This document shows positions 41,337-55,685 of a stretch of 64,000 nucleotides of DNA, piece after piece. Under the pieces are notes generated by a model that saw only the letters and a program-made list of their open reading frames with translations, was not told the origin of the DNA and did not search any database. The position numbers and the translations under genes were made by a program. The stretch lies in NCBI GenBank assembly GCA_951406725.2, contig OX597819.1, positions 109,740,001-109,804,000 on the forward strand. Reading direction: 5' to 3'. Position 1 is the first letter of the stretch, and the number at the start of each line of letters is the position of its first letter. This DNA is from Octopus vulgaris. Lineage: Eukaryota.

Positions 41337-42625
41337 TACGAGTATCCAAAATTAACCGGAAACGTTTTTTTGTGGGGCAAGCCAGATGTAGTTCAGACTT
41401 CTGCCGCTAGAAGCCACTTGAGGGTCTGCCGACTGGCGTTTTCGGATGGAGTCGTACTGCCATCTGGTGCGCCATTGTATTGCAGTGCTTCTCTCATATT
41501 CGTCGATTTTTGCGATGGCTGAAACGAAGGAACAGCGAGCTTCCGCGAAATTCTGTTTCCTGCTGGGCAAAATGGCGGCCAAAACTGTTGTTATGCTTCA
41601 AACAGCTTACAAGGATACTGTCATGAGCAAAACACAAGTTTACACGTGTTTCACGCTTTAGGAATGGTCACTTGTTACTTGAAGACCAACCTCGTTCAGG
41701 GAGACTGTCGACCTCCTGAACGAATGAAAACATCACGAAAATTTATGAACTGATCTTGGAGGACCGTCACCGAACAACTGCCGAACTTGTTCATATGACT
41801 GGTGTTCCCTGGAGCTCCTGCCCACAAATTTTGAGCGAAGAATTGCCAAGGAAAAGAGTTGTAGCAAAATTTGTGCCTCGCTTGCTCACAGAAAATCAAA
41901 ATCAGTCACGACTGAATGCGTGTCGTGAACTGAAAGAACAGTTAGAGGGTGATCCGGACCTTTTTTTTTTCGAAGGTCATCAATGGTGATGAAAGCTGGT
42001 GCTACGGCTATGACCCGGAAACGAAGCAGTAATCAAGTCAATAGAAGCATTCACTTTCACTTCCCCCAAAACGCATCAAGTGAAGTTCAATGTCAAGACG
42101 ATGCTGATTTGTTTCATCAATGCGAAAGAAATTGTCCACAGAGAGTTTGTTCCTCCTGGTCAAACAGTTAGCAAGACATTTTACTTGGAAGTTCTGAAGC
42201 GTTTGCGAGACGAGGTGAGACGAAAACGCCCCGATCTGTGGCAAAGTGGAGAGTAGTGACTTCATCATAACAATGCGCCTGGGCACACCACCTTGAGTGT
42301 GAGGCAGTTTTTGACCAAAACTGTCTTGAACCCGTTTACTCACCCTCCCTATTCATCCGATCTTGCTCTCTACGACTGTTTTTGTTCTCCCGAATGAAAA
42401 AAGTCCTTGAAGGAAAACATTTAGCAGGTGTGGAAGAGGTGAAGAAAAAAACGACGGAGGCGTTAAAACGCATCACTTCACAAGAATTCCATGACTGTTT
42501 CGAACAGTGGAAAACGTATCTGGACCGATGAATTGCTTCAAATGGAAAATAAAGTGTAAACACGTAAAAGTAAGTGGATAAAATAATATTGCAAAATTCC
42601 GGTTTCTTTTGGGTACCCCTTTGCA
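41337..42625 (+). mobile_element. Full-length but dead mariner transposon
   Basis: From 41515: MAETKEQRASAKFCFLLGK..EDQPRSGR..AKFVPRLLT..GDESWCYGYDPETK..LHHNNAP..HPPYSSDLA, with stops and frameshifts; diverged TIRs (tatccaaaattaaccggaa / ttccggtttctttgggta). Confidence 0.92.
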
Positions 42626-42686
42626 TACATACTCATACAACTGGAGAATAAGTTTTTTTTTATCCGTGCGAGAAGTGTAAAGAAGG

Positions 42687-43049
42687 AAGTTAAAAATGCA
42701 CTTAAAGAAAAGTTATTTACAATTACTTATCTGGTTCTCAATTCCTATAACTCTCAAAAGCAGTGAACTATGGAAAGACTTGCAGCTATATCGTATTTTA
42801 AAGTTTTAATGCATGTTTTTCACAGATTAGTAGTGATTATTTCTTCATATTCGATTGGCAGCGCTGGTGTGCTATCTGCCACTCAAATATGAAGGACTGT
42901 CAGACACATAATCTGTGAGCAACAACTATAAAAATTAAAAATACGATGAAGCTGTAGGTCTCTCCATATTCCACTACTTCTGGGAATCAGGCGAATTGTG
43001 AATTGGTTAAGTGATTGTAAATATATCTTCTTTAAGTGCATTTTAACTT

Positions 43050-43051
<2 letters not shown>
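42687..43051. mobile_element. ~365 bp imperfect palindrome (fold-back MITE)
   Basis: aagttaaaaatgcacttaaagaa...ttcatattcgattggcag mirrored by ctgccactcaaatatgaa...ttctttaagtgcattttaactt. Confidence 0.85.
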
Positions 43052-43102
<51 letters not shown>

Positions 43103-43165
43103 TATATATACATGTATAGATATATATATACATATGTATATACATATATCTACATATATGAGTGG

Positions 43166-43234
<69 letters not shown>

Positions 43235-43934
43235 CACACACATACACACACATACATATCAGAGGCGACATAGGTTATCAGCGTTACTCGGGCTCATCAC
43301 AGATTTTGTATATGACAGGTGCCAGCTCGAAGAATTTTAACGTTTTTCCGTTTTATTTCTATCCCCAAATGACTTATCTTTTATATCTACCACACTAGGT
43401 CTTCCTCCATTTCTAATTTAAGGGTAAAAATAAAACAACCCTGCAAAACACAACTGATTTTTACACACAGATGCACAGAATAACGCCAGTCATATAACGA
43501 CAGCGGAGTGCACAACCAACACCAGCGATCTGACTATCGCCTGTACTCTTGACTAGAGATGCTTCTTAGTCTTTTACACCTACCAGGCTCGTTCGTATTG
43601 GCCTGAGTTGCTGAAAAATTTTCCATTCCTTTAAGAATATTGTAGAACGAAAAATTTTCATAGACTGGAATTTAAATCCTAATCTCTATAGAAATTTAAT
43701 TTGAATTTGAATTTTTACGATTATACATAGCAACTCGGGCTGTAACTTTTGAACCCGAGTCAGGCGCGTGTGAATGATGTCAACAGAATCTATGAACGAT
43801 ATTTCTTGACAAGGGCACCTTTAACCCTAATGAGAGTAATTCATATAGCATATAAAAGCAGAAGATATATTATTTTAGTCTTTTATTTGCTTCAGTCATT
43901 TGACTGAAACAAATAAGCAACTCCTTATATATAT

Positions 43935-44225
43935 ATGTTACGTGATCGACCAGACTGTCGCATGTTGTTATACATCGCTGGTCACAATGCCGATTACCTG
44001 AAGGCTAAAATGATGCTACCCCATTGGCTAGGCGTGACGGCCAACATTCCTCCTGAGCGGGAAGCTAGTCCGTCGCAGGGCTATCCATTCGCAGTTGAGT
44101 GGACTGTTGCAATGTAAAATGAAGTGTTTTGCGTAAGAATACAAGGTGAAGCCGATCTGGGACTCGAAACCATGATATTATGATTGTAAGTGCAACACGC
44201 CTAACCACTAGATTACACGCCCCCC
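43935..44225 (-). mobile_element. Degenerate tRNA-derived SINE
   Basis: tgagtggactgttgcaatgt..gggactcgaaacc..ctaaccacta. Confidence 0.6.
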
Positions 44226-44416
44226 CCTCACAGCAGATCAATATAGATAAAGTACAAGGAGAATGGGAGAAATATTTTGCAGACGACAATTTTTTTTATC
44301 TAAGTATCGTCAGCAAAATAGTTATGGAGCGACGTTGATCTCGTAACATGCCGACATTGTAAATATATGATGAAAGACGGCAAATTAGCATGGAAATATG
44401 GCGGCAACAACACTCG

Positions 44417-44457
44417 TTATCATCCTCATCATCATCATCATCATCCTTATCATCATC

Positions 44458-44530
<73 letters not shown>

Positions 44531-44603
44531 GTTATTGTTATTATTATCATTATTATTATTATTATTATTGTTATTGTTATTGTTATTATTATTATTATTA
44601 TTA

Positions 44604-44694
<91 letters not shown>

Positions 44695-44696
44695 CA

Positions 44697-44743
<47 letters not shown>

Positions 44744-44781
44744 GTTATTATTATCATTATTATTATTATTATTATTATTAC

Positions 44782-44815
<34 letters not shown>

Positions 44816-44833
44816 TATTCTTTATTATTATTA

Positions 44834-44906
<73 letters not shown>

Positions 44907-44925
44907 TATTATCATTATCATTGTT
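44417..44925. repeat. ~500 bp (ATT)n/(ATC)n trinucleotide array
   Basis: Directly visible. Confidence 0.98.
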
Positions 44926-45344
44926 ATGACAGCAATCATGCCACATCAACCTACACAATAAATATACTTTCATTTCAGTATAATCAAGTCTCCTTCACCC
45001 GCCTTCTGCATCATTTTTCTTTCACTTATTTTTCACAGGTTTTTTTCGTTTTTCTACGTGCTTCCCAACCTTCCTTACTTCCTTCCTCATCCTCTCCTTT
45101 CTTTCCGTTTTTATTCTTTTTCTCTTCCTCCTTTGTTATTTTATACCTCTCTATCATAGATCTCCCTTTCTCTCTCTGTATTTTATCTACGTATCCATCT
45201 CTCTGCCTACATAACCTACCAGCCTGCCTACTCATCTGTCTTCCCAGTCATGTAACATTTCCCGCTAATTTTCTCTGTAGTAATGGAACAATGCGACAAA
45301 TAGCAATCATTAGGCTTCATTAACTTCAGTGAAGACGAATGGGT

Positions 45345-45388
<44 letters not shown>

Positions 45389-45539
45389 GAAAGAAAGAGA
45401 ATGGAAGAGACAGAGAGAGAGAAAGAAAATTGTAAGAGAGAGAAACAAAGACAAGGAGAGAGAGAGTAAAATACAGAAAGGAAAACGCATGCATACAATC
45501 ACCCCCCCACACACACAGTCGATGCTGATAATCATGGAT

Positions 45540-45895
45540 CCTCCATCGATTTCGACGATGAGTATTGTTTAGTTGTGCGATCGATTGACTGCTTTAACCT
45601 ACTCGCTGAACTAACTTGTTGAGTGGTTGAATATTCCACAGGCATATTTCCTGTAAAAGCCATATCAATGCGACTCAGGGTGCGGAATAAAACAGGACGT
45701 TTGAATTTCAGGCATAATCCGACCGACGGGATTGCGTCCACTTTCCGTCCACTCAATTTCACTCACAAGGCAAGGCTTTAATCTTTATATGAAGCGATAG
45801 AGATTAAAGAAAATCATTTGCCTGAAGTTCTCTTCCATGTGATCGAACTCGCGAGCACATAACCGTGAAGTGGACTTCAAGACGCTACGCCAGCG
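45540..45895 (-). mobile_element. Degenerate SINE (family E-type body)
   Basis: ttcgacgatgag..tggttgaatattccacag..gatcgaactcg, similar to 35362-35705. Confidence 0.5.
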
Positions 45896-46225
45896 TCCAT
45901 TGTAACTGTATGTATGTATGTATGTATGTATGTATGTATGTATGTATGTATGTATGTATGTATGTATAATATGTATGTAATGTTAGTGCTAATGAACGAC
46001 TTGCATTAATAATAGCAAGAAAAGAATTATCAAAATAAAAATTAAAACAGTTAAAAAAATTATAACTAAACTTCCATTAAGAATATATTTTGAATGAGTT
46101 GACACCTACCATGTATGTAGATATGCATGCATGCATCTACGCATACATGCATTTATGTATGCATATGCATATGCATTTATATATTTATATATATATATGT
46201 ATGTGTATGTATGTGTGTATGTATG

Positions 46226-46273
<48 letters not shown>

Positions 46274-46286
46274 GTTTATGTGTGTG

Positions 46287-46330
<44 letters not shown>

Positions 46331-46756
46331 CAAGCATGCATGCATGTATGTCTTAGTATTATGTTTTGATATTTCATATTTATGGAGAAAGACCCGGTTT
46401 CTAGCCTCGAGCTACACATTCTATTAGAATTTAAACATCAAATATGGTAGTCTTGTGTATATGTATGCATGTATATGTGCGTATTTACACATTTATACTT
46501 GTATGTATATGTACATGTGGATGCACACATGTACTAATGGATGCAGTTATGGGCAGTATTGCATATGTGAAACTTATATGTTGAACTTCATGGATGTTTT
46601 ACATATTTGTAAAGTACATTTGACACCTTGTAGGTGTAATCTTCTAATTAGGAATATTGTTTCCTTTTTGTGCATTACAGCTATTCAAGACTTGTATTAA
46701 GGCAGTTGGTTATGGAGTCAAGCGTTCCTACAATTATTAATAGAAATCTATATGTA

Positions 46757-47322
46757 TTGGGTTGTTCGGAAAGTTCATGCCGATTTATAGTAGCTTGCCT
46801 TTCGACTTATTTTAGAACACGGTTGAGTCAATAAAATAGGATTTGACTACACCTCCATTTAGAGCACAGTTGAAGCTATCTTTTCGTGGAAGAAGGTTTA
46901 TGTTCCTATAACCTGTGTTAATTCTGTAAACCTTTAAAATTTAAGATAAGAAAGTTCATTTTCGACACTTGTTGCTTTGGGAACCAGACAAAAATTGCTG
47001 CAGCTCGGCTGGGATGTGTTACCTCACCCTCCATATTCACCAGATATAACTCCTTCGGATTTCCAATTATTCAGGTCTCTGCAGAATAGTCTTAATGGTA
47101 AAAATTTCAATTCCTTGGATGAAGATAAAAGATACCTTGATGAATTCTTTGCCACGAAACCACCTCAGTTCTGGGAGGAGGGTATTTTCAAGTTAAAGGA
47201 GAGATGAAAACGCATTGTGCAACAAAATGGTTCATATCTGGTTGATTAAAAATGTAATAGCAAGTATTTATTGACCTTTTTCTTTCCTTTAAAAATCGGC
47301 ACGAACTTTCCGGACAACCCAA
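46757..47322 (+). mobile_element. Internally deleted mariner with intact TIRs and TA TSD
   Basis: TA|ttgggttgttcggaaagttcatgccgattt ... aaatcggcacgaactttccggacaacccaa|TA; encodes LGWDVLPHPPYSPDITPSDFQLF. Confidence 0.95.
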
Positions 47323-47349
47323 TATATTTCGGCTGTGGTACTCGCAGAT

Positions 47350-48130
47350 TTCTCAAATGTTCGGTGCAGTTGTCTTTTTCTCTAACGCTTGATGTTATGC
47401 TGACATCTGCTAATTCTAATTACTAGTTTCTCTGTTCTAGATCATGATGTCTGGCTAGTTGAGCTTGCATTTTATTAAAGTCTTGACAGGTTATGCACGC
47501 CCTATCAGTGTAGTTTCTTATATATGTCTCCCCAGAATTAAACACGCTACATATACCATCGTATAGTTTTTTTTGTCACGACATAGCCTTGTTTTCGTCT
47601 CAAGCAAAGGCAGTATACATCACTGTTGATGTGGAAATTCCAAGTTAACAAATTTCAGGTTTGAGCATCAATAAACTTGGTTTCATCTAGCGTCCAATCG
47701 CGTAACCCAAATACCTGTGTGATCACCGGCACCGTTAACGCACCATGGACTATCGATTTTACTACATGTGGAAAATTCTGAGAGGCATATTTTCTTTATC
47801 GTGGTATAAAATATTTCCAGGTTACACACTCCTCGTTGTGAGTTCCACCATGGGAAAAATCTTCATCTATTCCTAAATACTTGTAGATTTCCTCGTCAGA
47901 TTTTGGAGAAATAGTCAAGCAGTTGACAGTAATATTACTTGTGGGGCTTGTAGTTCTTCATTGCTTTACCAAGTAAGAATCATTCTCTTGACCAAACTCC
48001 ATTCCTATATATTTTGAGAATGTCGTAACAAAGCTTTCCTTCATGGCATCCATATTCTTGGTATATATTCAAATTATCCACGAAGAAGCAATGAGTTAGG
48101 TTAGTGTTTCTGAGTTCCTGCGCACCAATC
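47350..48130 (-). pseudogene. R4/Dong-like RT fragment
   Basis: Minus strand: LTHCFFVDNL..TTFSKYIGMEFGQE..YKYLGIDED. Confidence 0.7.
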
Positions 48131-48260
48131 GTATATTCTTCTTAAAACGGAATGGAGATTTACTGAAAATTAAAGAAAAAGAAACAAAAGCAAAAACAAA
48201 AACAATTAAAAAAATCAGCTACAGACTGCCATTCTGAAACGTATTTCTGCAATACTGTAT

Positions 48261-48461
48261 ACTCACTCTTTTATTTACTCTTTTATTTGTTTCAGTCATT
48301 TGACCGTGGCCATGCTGGAGCACCGCCTTTAGTCGAGCAAATCGACCCCAGGACTTATTCTTTGTAAGCCCAGTACTTATTCTATCGGTCTCTTTTGCCG
48401 AATCGCTAAGTTACGGGGACGTAAACACACCAACATCGGTTGTCAAGCGATGCTGGGAGAA

Positions 48462-48541
<80 letters not shown>

Positions 48542-48713
48542 CATATATACGACAGGCTTCTTTCCGTTTCCGTCTACCAAATCCACTCTCAAGGCTTTGG
48601 TCGGCCCGAGGCTATAATAGAAGACACTTGCCCGAGGTGCCACGTAGTGGGACTGAACCCGGAAGCATGTGGTTGGTAAGCAAGCTACTTACCACACAAC
48701 CACTCCTACGCCT
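48261..48713 (-). mobile_element. SINE family A, full copy
   Basis: Reverse complement of 2039-2535 including the internal microsatellite. Confidence 0.92.
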
Positions 48714-49068
48714 ACAATGACAATAAAACCACCTCCTGTATTTAAATTCAAAATGGTGGCCCAAAACGAAGTCAGGTTGTCTACGGATTTGATAACTAAA
48801 TCTAGAATTTTTGCAAGACGAAAGGAAACTAGTATTCATGAGTGGGGATCAAATGATTTTTGAGTCCTCCCTGTGCCGCTGTATTTCTGATAATCCATTT
48901 TTGTCGATCAAGAATTCTACAGCGCATCCGCTTACTTGTTTCTTTCCAACTGCTTGTTCATCTGTGACGCTATTATGACCATCCCAGTGCTTTTGGAGGG
49001 ACAGGTTCAGACAGGCTCAATGCAATTTATAAACGAGATGTATGTATGTATGTATGTATGTATGTATG

Positions 49069-49099
<31 letters not shown>

Positions 49100-49276
49100 T
49101 ATGATATTCTTGTATATGAGCATGTATGTATAGATATTAAGAAATAGAAAAGGAAATATAAATAGATGTATGGACATATACTTGCAAATATGCGCATGCG
49201 AGCGCATCTATATCCGTACATTAGAAGATAAATACAACGCGCTAGAGCATGAAGATTCAGATATATGAATATTTAT

Positions 49277-49359
<83 letters not shown>

Positions 49360-49484
49360 AGATTGGAGAGTTTGTTCAGAGAATGGTTTTTATTTATTTT
49401 AGAATATAAAAGTACAAATAGAGTTCTACATGTTGGTCATTAATCGTGAGCCCAAACTCGCACTATGTAATATATATATGTGTA

Positions 49485-49521
<37 letters not shown>

Positions 49522-49825
49522 GTGTTGTGTGTGCGCGCGCGTGCGTGCGTGTGTGTGTATGTATACATATATATATATAAATATATGATATATTATATAT
49601 ATATGTACATATAAAGGGAGGGAGTGGAGAGACAGGGAAAGAGAGACAATGTGTGTGTATGTGTGTGAGTAAGGGATGGAGGAGGTGTGTATGTGTGAGA
49701 GTTGGAGTAAGTTGTAGGAAATGAAGAAATTCGTTAAGTGGAACGTGTAATTTTCATATTTATCAATATATGCCACTGACTGTTCTCAACATATAATTTC
49801 AGCACATAATTACTTCACACACATA

Positions 49826-49877
<52 letters not shown>

Positions 49878-49935
49878 TACATACATACATACACATACAT
49901 ACATACATATGTGTGTATGTGTGTGTGTATCTATA

Positions 49936-50262
49936 CTGGCACTCCGTCGCTTACGACGACGAGGGTTCCAGTTGATCCGGTCAACGGAACAGCTCGCTCG
50001 TGAAGTTAACGTGCAAGTGGCTGAGTACTCCACAGACCTGCGTATCCCTTCACATACTTCTTAGGGAGATTCAAGGTGACACAGAATGTGACAAAGTTGG
50101 CCGCTTGAAATACAGATACCACTCATTTTTGCCAGCTGAGTGGACTGGAGCAACGTGAAATAAAGTGTCTTGCTCAAGGACGCAACGCGCCGCCGGTAAT
50201 CGAGCTCGTGATTCTACGATCGCGAGCCTAATACCCTAACCACTAAGCCATGTGCCTTCACG
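49936..50262 (-). mobile_element. tRNA-derived SINE family E
   Basis: Head gtgaaggcacatggcttagtggttaggg and core shared with family D; distinct tail ..cgtcgtcgtaagcgacggagtgccag. Confidence 0.88.
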
Positions 50263-50407
50263 TATCTATATATCGTTGCTGTATGTGTATCTAGTTATCG
50301 TTGCTATTATGTTAAACTGTCGTATGTCCAAATTTGGCCAAATGCGTATTCTTTAATATTCAGTTTTTTCTTGTAATAGCCGGTACTTGTGGTTAAACTA
50401 TTGTATC

Positions 50408-50631
50408 AAGGCGGCGAGCTGGCAGAAACGTTAGCACGCCAGGCGAAATGCTTAGCGGTATTTCGTCTGTCGTTACGTTCTGAGTTCGAATTCCGCCGAG
50501 GTTGACTTTGTCTTTCATCCTTTCGGGGTCGATAAATAAAGTACCAGTTTCGCACTGGGGTCGATTTAATCCCTTTGTCTGTCCTTGTTTGTCCCGTCTA
50601 TGTTTAGCCCCTTGTGGGTAGTAAAGAAATA
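50408..50631 (+). mobile_element. SINE family B with 9-bp TSD
   Basis: tattgtatc at 50399-50407 and 50632-50640. Confidence 0.93.
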
Positions 50632-51061
50632 TATTGTATCTCCAGCTGCTTCAGATGCCAAAATAGGAAAATTGTCAAAGTGTAGCACAACGGTTTAGCA
50701 TTTTTCAAAAGTGTAGTAAGTCCCACATACGACAGTTTTGCGAAAATATTTCTAACTGGAAATATCATACATGTATGGAGTTACGACTTTATGCACCCAA
50801 CAGAGTATTATTATTAATCTGATACTGTTGCTTATGTAAAAAGAAATGGAATGGTGAAACTATTTTTTCGTTTTCTGAAAAAGCAACGTTTGGGAATTAC
50901 GACCCAAGGTGCCACACAGTGGGACTGAATCTGGAACCATGTGGTTGGGAAGCAAGCTTCTTATCACGCAGCCACACAAACATACACGTGCGCACATACA
51001 CCGACACACAGACATACAAACACAGACACAGACACACATACACACACGCACACACATAGAC

Positions 51062-51108
<47 letters not shown>

Positions 51109-51152
51109 CATACATACAGACATACTTACATATATGTATATGAATGAATGTG

Positions 51153-51336
51153 CGAGGGAGAGCTGAATAGTTCCTGGCTTTAAGGGTTTCGCGAAATGCC
51201 CGGTTGGAATTCTTTTACTGGGCTTAGAAAAACCGAATGTCACACTGCAATAAGTGTGTGAATCTGACAGGGGAATATATTGACTAAAATCATAAATAAC
51301 TGATTCCAAAGCCAGGAACTTTTCAGCGCCCTCTCA
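51153..51336. mobile_element. Mariner-type MITE (~185 bp)
   Basis: TIRs gctgaatagttcctggcttt / aaagccaggaacttttcagc. Confidence 0.8.
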
Positions 51337-51374
51337 TGTACATACATACATACATACATACATACATACATACA

Positions 51375-51406
<32 letters not shown>

Positions 51407-51844
51407 CACATACATAATACATACATATACACATACATATACATATATATACACAAACATACATACATACGTACATACATACATAAGGAGGCAGTTATCT
51501 ATAAACCGGGGCTCGACCAGAATGCTTGCAATAGTGTGGACACCACTTAAGGTACCCATAGGTACCAGGTACTGCTATTAAACCGGTCGACGGTTTAATG
51601 GCGGCACCTAAGTAGCCTACGGAGGTGTTTGAACTTGGAACGCAAAATGTCGGTAGAAATACCGCAAGACATCCGGTGTTATTAAATTCCCACTAATTCA
51701 CATCCCTGACAGATACATATGTTTTTTATCAACCCTAAAAATGTAAAAATTGAAGTTGATCTTGCTAGGATTTGAACTTAGATTCTTCCCAAATAATATA
51801 GACTCATAGTGCTGCTTACCTTGATCCTGTGGGGTATAATATAT

Positions 51845-52025
51845 TCTCCATTTGACGGGACGACGGTCCGTCGTAGGGTTATTCAGTTTTGCCAGCTGAG
51901 TGGACTAGAGCAACCTGAAATAATGTGATTTGCTCAAGAAGGCAGCGCATCGCCCGGTCCAGGAATTGAAACCCCAACAATGGGATCATGAGTCCAACAA
52001 CCTAAACACTAAGCCACTCGCTTTC
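51845..52025 (-). mobile_element. Degenerate SINE (D/E core)
   Basis: gccagctgagtggactagagcaac..gaattgaaacc..cactaagccac. Confidence 0.7.
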
Positions 52026-52322
52026 AGATTATCTAAAATCGGAACAAATGCCACGAGGCATTCTGTCCGACCGAATATGTTATCGCTATTGCTTTCACGG
52101 TGAATATCACATCATTCTATCTTACACTTATTGTTGTTCTAATTATTGTTTTTTTATTGTTCATTTAAATGCTGAGGCTTTTAAATGTTGAAGCTTTTAA
52201 ATGTAGGAATTATAGATGAGAATTATATTAATAGATTCACTTGGGAAATCGTTCATAAAAACACAAAATATTTGTATTTTCTTTCCCCTCCATTAAATAC
52301 AGGATTCAGCTACGATTGATAT

Positions 52323-52685
52323 GGGAATCATTTCTCACCACTACCACTGCTGTAAAAGCCATATCCCAGTGATACCCTGTTATATGAATCATCTTCGACT
52401 GCCACCATGCTTAAGAAATGATCTCCCACCGCTTCACTATTGTAGAAATCCTCTCCTACTGACACTTGCGTTATAGAAATCATCTCTCACCACTACTGTG
52501 TTGTAGGCCTCATCTTCCTCTACAACCACTGTTGTAGGAATCATCTCCCACTACTACCTCTAAGACAGGGACCATATCACACGGTCATCCCTGTGATAGG
52601 AATCATCTCCCACCACTACCACTGCTGTAGGAGTCATCTCCCACCACCACTGCTATAGGGCTATTTCCCATCGTCACCACCTCAA
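52323..52685. repeat. Degenerate ~30-33 bp minisatellite, about 11 units
   Basis: Recurring ggaatcatctcccaccactaccactgctgta. Confidence 0.8.
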
Positions 52686-52809
52686 CGACGTAATGAAATG
52701 AATTACTGCTGTGAAGGCAGACATACACAATATATCTCTCTAAATGGCGAAATTATATAACAACCATAACGATTAATCTCTATCTTCTATTGACAAAATA
52801 TTGATTTGT

Positions 52810-53232
52810 AACATGGGCTCAGGGCAACAAATTTGTTTGTGAGCGGTGTTACGGTTGATTATATCGCTCCCAATCCTTTTCTGGTATTTGGAATTTATCG
52901 ATCCCGGAATGTCGAAAGATAATGTTGACTTTGTCGGAATTCGACGCAACTTGACACTGTATGGTATTTTTCTCCGGTATGCTACCCATTCTGCCAACAT
53001 CATCCGGCATCTTCATATAATATTCTTTCCTTATTTTGGCGCAAGTCCAGCAATTTTGAGTGGTAGGGAAGTCGACTACATCGACCGCAGTGCTTAACTG
53101 GTTTTTATTTCATTCACTGTGAAAAGATGAAAGGTAAAGTCCACCTAGACAGAATTTGAACTCAGAACGTAAAGACAGACGAAATGCCGCTAAGTACTTT
53201 GCCCAGCGTGCTAACGATTCTGCCAACCTATC
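52810..53232 (-). mobile_element. Two degenerate SINE B-like copies
   Basis: atttgaactcagaacgt..gcgtgctaacgattctgcca. Confidence 0.65.
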
Positions 53233-53236
53233 ACCT

Positions 53237-53364
<128 letters not shown>

Positions 53365-53409
53365 ATGATGATGATGATGATAATAATAAAGCTATTAATG
53401 ATAATAGTG

Positions 53410-53456
<47 letters not shown>

Positions 53457-53475
53457 TATTATTATTATTATAATT

Positions 53476-55557
53476 GATTATAGACCCATAATCTGCTTAA
53501 CAACCATGTATAAAACATTAACATCTCTCTTGACTGAATACACTTATAACCTTTTAATAGAAAGAGGCATCTTCCCTTATGGGCAAAAAGGATGTAAATA
53601 TGAGTCCTATGGTAGCAAAGATATGCTTTTCATCAATAAGATGATCTTGGAAGATTTTCTCAAACAACACAAAGACCTATCAATAGTCTGGATAGACTAT
53701 AAAAAAACTTTTGATAGTCTACCACAAAGCTGGATTGAGAAATGTTTGGAAATTTATAAAATAGCACCTACTCTGCGAAACTTTCATTATGAAATCATGG
53801 AAAACTATGCTGACTTTCAATAGTGAGAAGGAATCTTTAAATGCTGGGCATGTAAGAATTCCATGTGGCATTTTTCAGGGTGACTCTCTATCACCATTCC
53901 TCTTTTCTTTAGCCTTAATACCTCTTTCCAAATTGCTCGATGAAGTACAATGTGACTATAAAATCTTTGATAAAACTATAAACCATCTCTTTTTCATGGA
54001 TTTAAAGCTCTTTGCAAAAAATGACCGCCAACTACAGGGCTTACTAGAAATTGTAAAACAGTTTAGTGATGACATCAGGATGGAATTTGTCGTAGACGAA
54101 AGCGCAAAAGCTACCTTTATCAGAGGGAAAATGATAGAAACATCCAACGTTAAACTTGCCACTCTATGGCAGATGTAGAACGACTTTATTTGCCAAGAAG
54201 AGGTGGACGTAGACTGTTACAACTTGAATTGACACTGAAGATTGTCGCATTTGACTTAAAGACTCACCTGAAAAAGTTTGATGATTGGATGCTAAAACTT
54301 GTCTCAAAGCACGAACACAAGAAAACCACATACTCAGTAACAAAACAGGCAAGGGAATATCTAAGTGAATTCCAAGTGAATTCCAAATACAGCAAGTCCC
54401 AGAATTAGACGTACCGGAAACAACCACAGAAAAAGCTAAGCGTATGAAAACCCTTGCTAAAGTTGGTGCCTTAGATATTCTTACTGATAAATGGCAAGAA
54501 AAACATCTCAATGGCAAATATCCAAAGAGAGCTGACAATGCTGATGTTGACAAAGCCCTTATCCATCAATGTATAGCGTCTTCTGGTTTAAAATCAGAGA
54601 CATAAGGATGTATCATAGTAGCCCTGGATCAATGCCCACCTACAAGAAGCTACCTGGCAAACATCTTAAAGAACGGCAGTAGCTCAACATGTATATGTAA
54701 ACAACAGGCTGAAACCGTCTACCATGTCTCCATATGTAGCCTTCTTGCGCCTACATAATATTTCAACAGGCATGACAGAATGGCACAGTGTATTCACTGG
54801 GTACTTTGCAAAGCTCTGGACCTGCTCCATGATAAAAACTAGTGCGAACACAAACTACCTCCAGTGCTTGAAAATGATCACGTCTCACTCTTTGGGAACT
54901 TTACTGTTCAAACTGTCAGAAAGATAGATGCAAGTATGCCAGACATTATATTGAAGGATTTCACACAAAAACCACGCTTCCTCTTCGATATGACTCTCCC
55001 AATCGATATAAATGTATCTGTCAAAACCAATCAAAAACTCAGCAAATATAAAAACCTTGCAATAGAAATTGGTAAAATGTGAAACCTCAAAACTAAAACA
55101 ATACCTGCTGTCATAGGTGCCTTAAGAATGATAGCAAAAGGGGATGATTGTTACCTGTCTCAGATACCAGGTAATCCCAAAATGGAAGAAATTAGAAAAA
55201 AATAGAGTTTATAGGAACTGCTCATATCCTACGAAAAATATTGTCTATGTAATTCCAAAAACATTTAAATCTGTAAACATTATCAAAATTACTTTTAAAT
55301 GTATATAATAACAAATATCTTTTACTGTCATCTTAAGATCACACTGTCATCTTAAGATCACACTGTCATCTTAACACCAAAACATTTTTAAAAACAAACT
55401 TCTAATTTTCTGATGTTTTGACAGACATCATCTAAAACAATACATTGTGCGAAACCAAAAATATGACACCCTACTCATAATAACAACTTGAACTTCTAAC
55501 CTGTTGTCTCTTGAGAGTCAACTTGTACATATACAAAGCAAAAGTCGAATATATAAA
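53476..55557 (+). mobile_element. 5'-truncated R4/Dong non-LTR retrotransposon (RT + RLE), between (AAT)n arrays
   Basis: DYRPIICL..QKGC..WIDYKKTFDS..GIFQGDSLSP..INHLFFMD; VERLYLPRRGG; RHDRMAQCIHW; PDIILKD..KLSKYKNLAIEI (restriction-like endonuclease). Confidence 0.92.
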
Positions 55558-55647
55558 ATAATAATAATAATAATAATAACAACAACAACAACAACAATAA
55601 TAATAATAACAACAGCAACAATAATATTAATAATAATAATAATAATA

Positions 55648-55685
<38 letters not shown>

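Noticed and set aside
44296-45323. Long poly-L/I/Y ORFs (up to 318 aa), and all [16 protein letters not shown]/poly-K ORFs elsewhere
   Set aside because: Translations of microsatellites that lack stop codons; no coding evidence
52323-52685. CRISPR-like array
   Set aside because: Head-to-tail degenerate units with no unique spacers, no cas genes, eukaryotic context
55324-55375. ~19-bp tandem repeat actgtcatcttaagatcac (about 2.7 copies)
   Set aside because: Local slippage within the Dong 3'UTR; no sign of separate function
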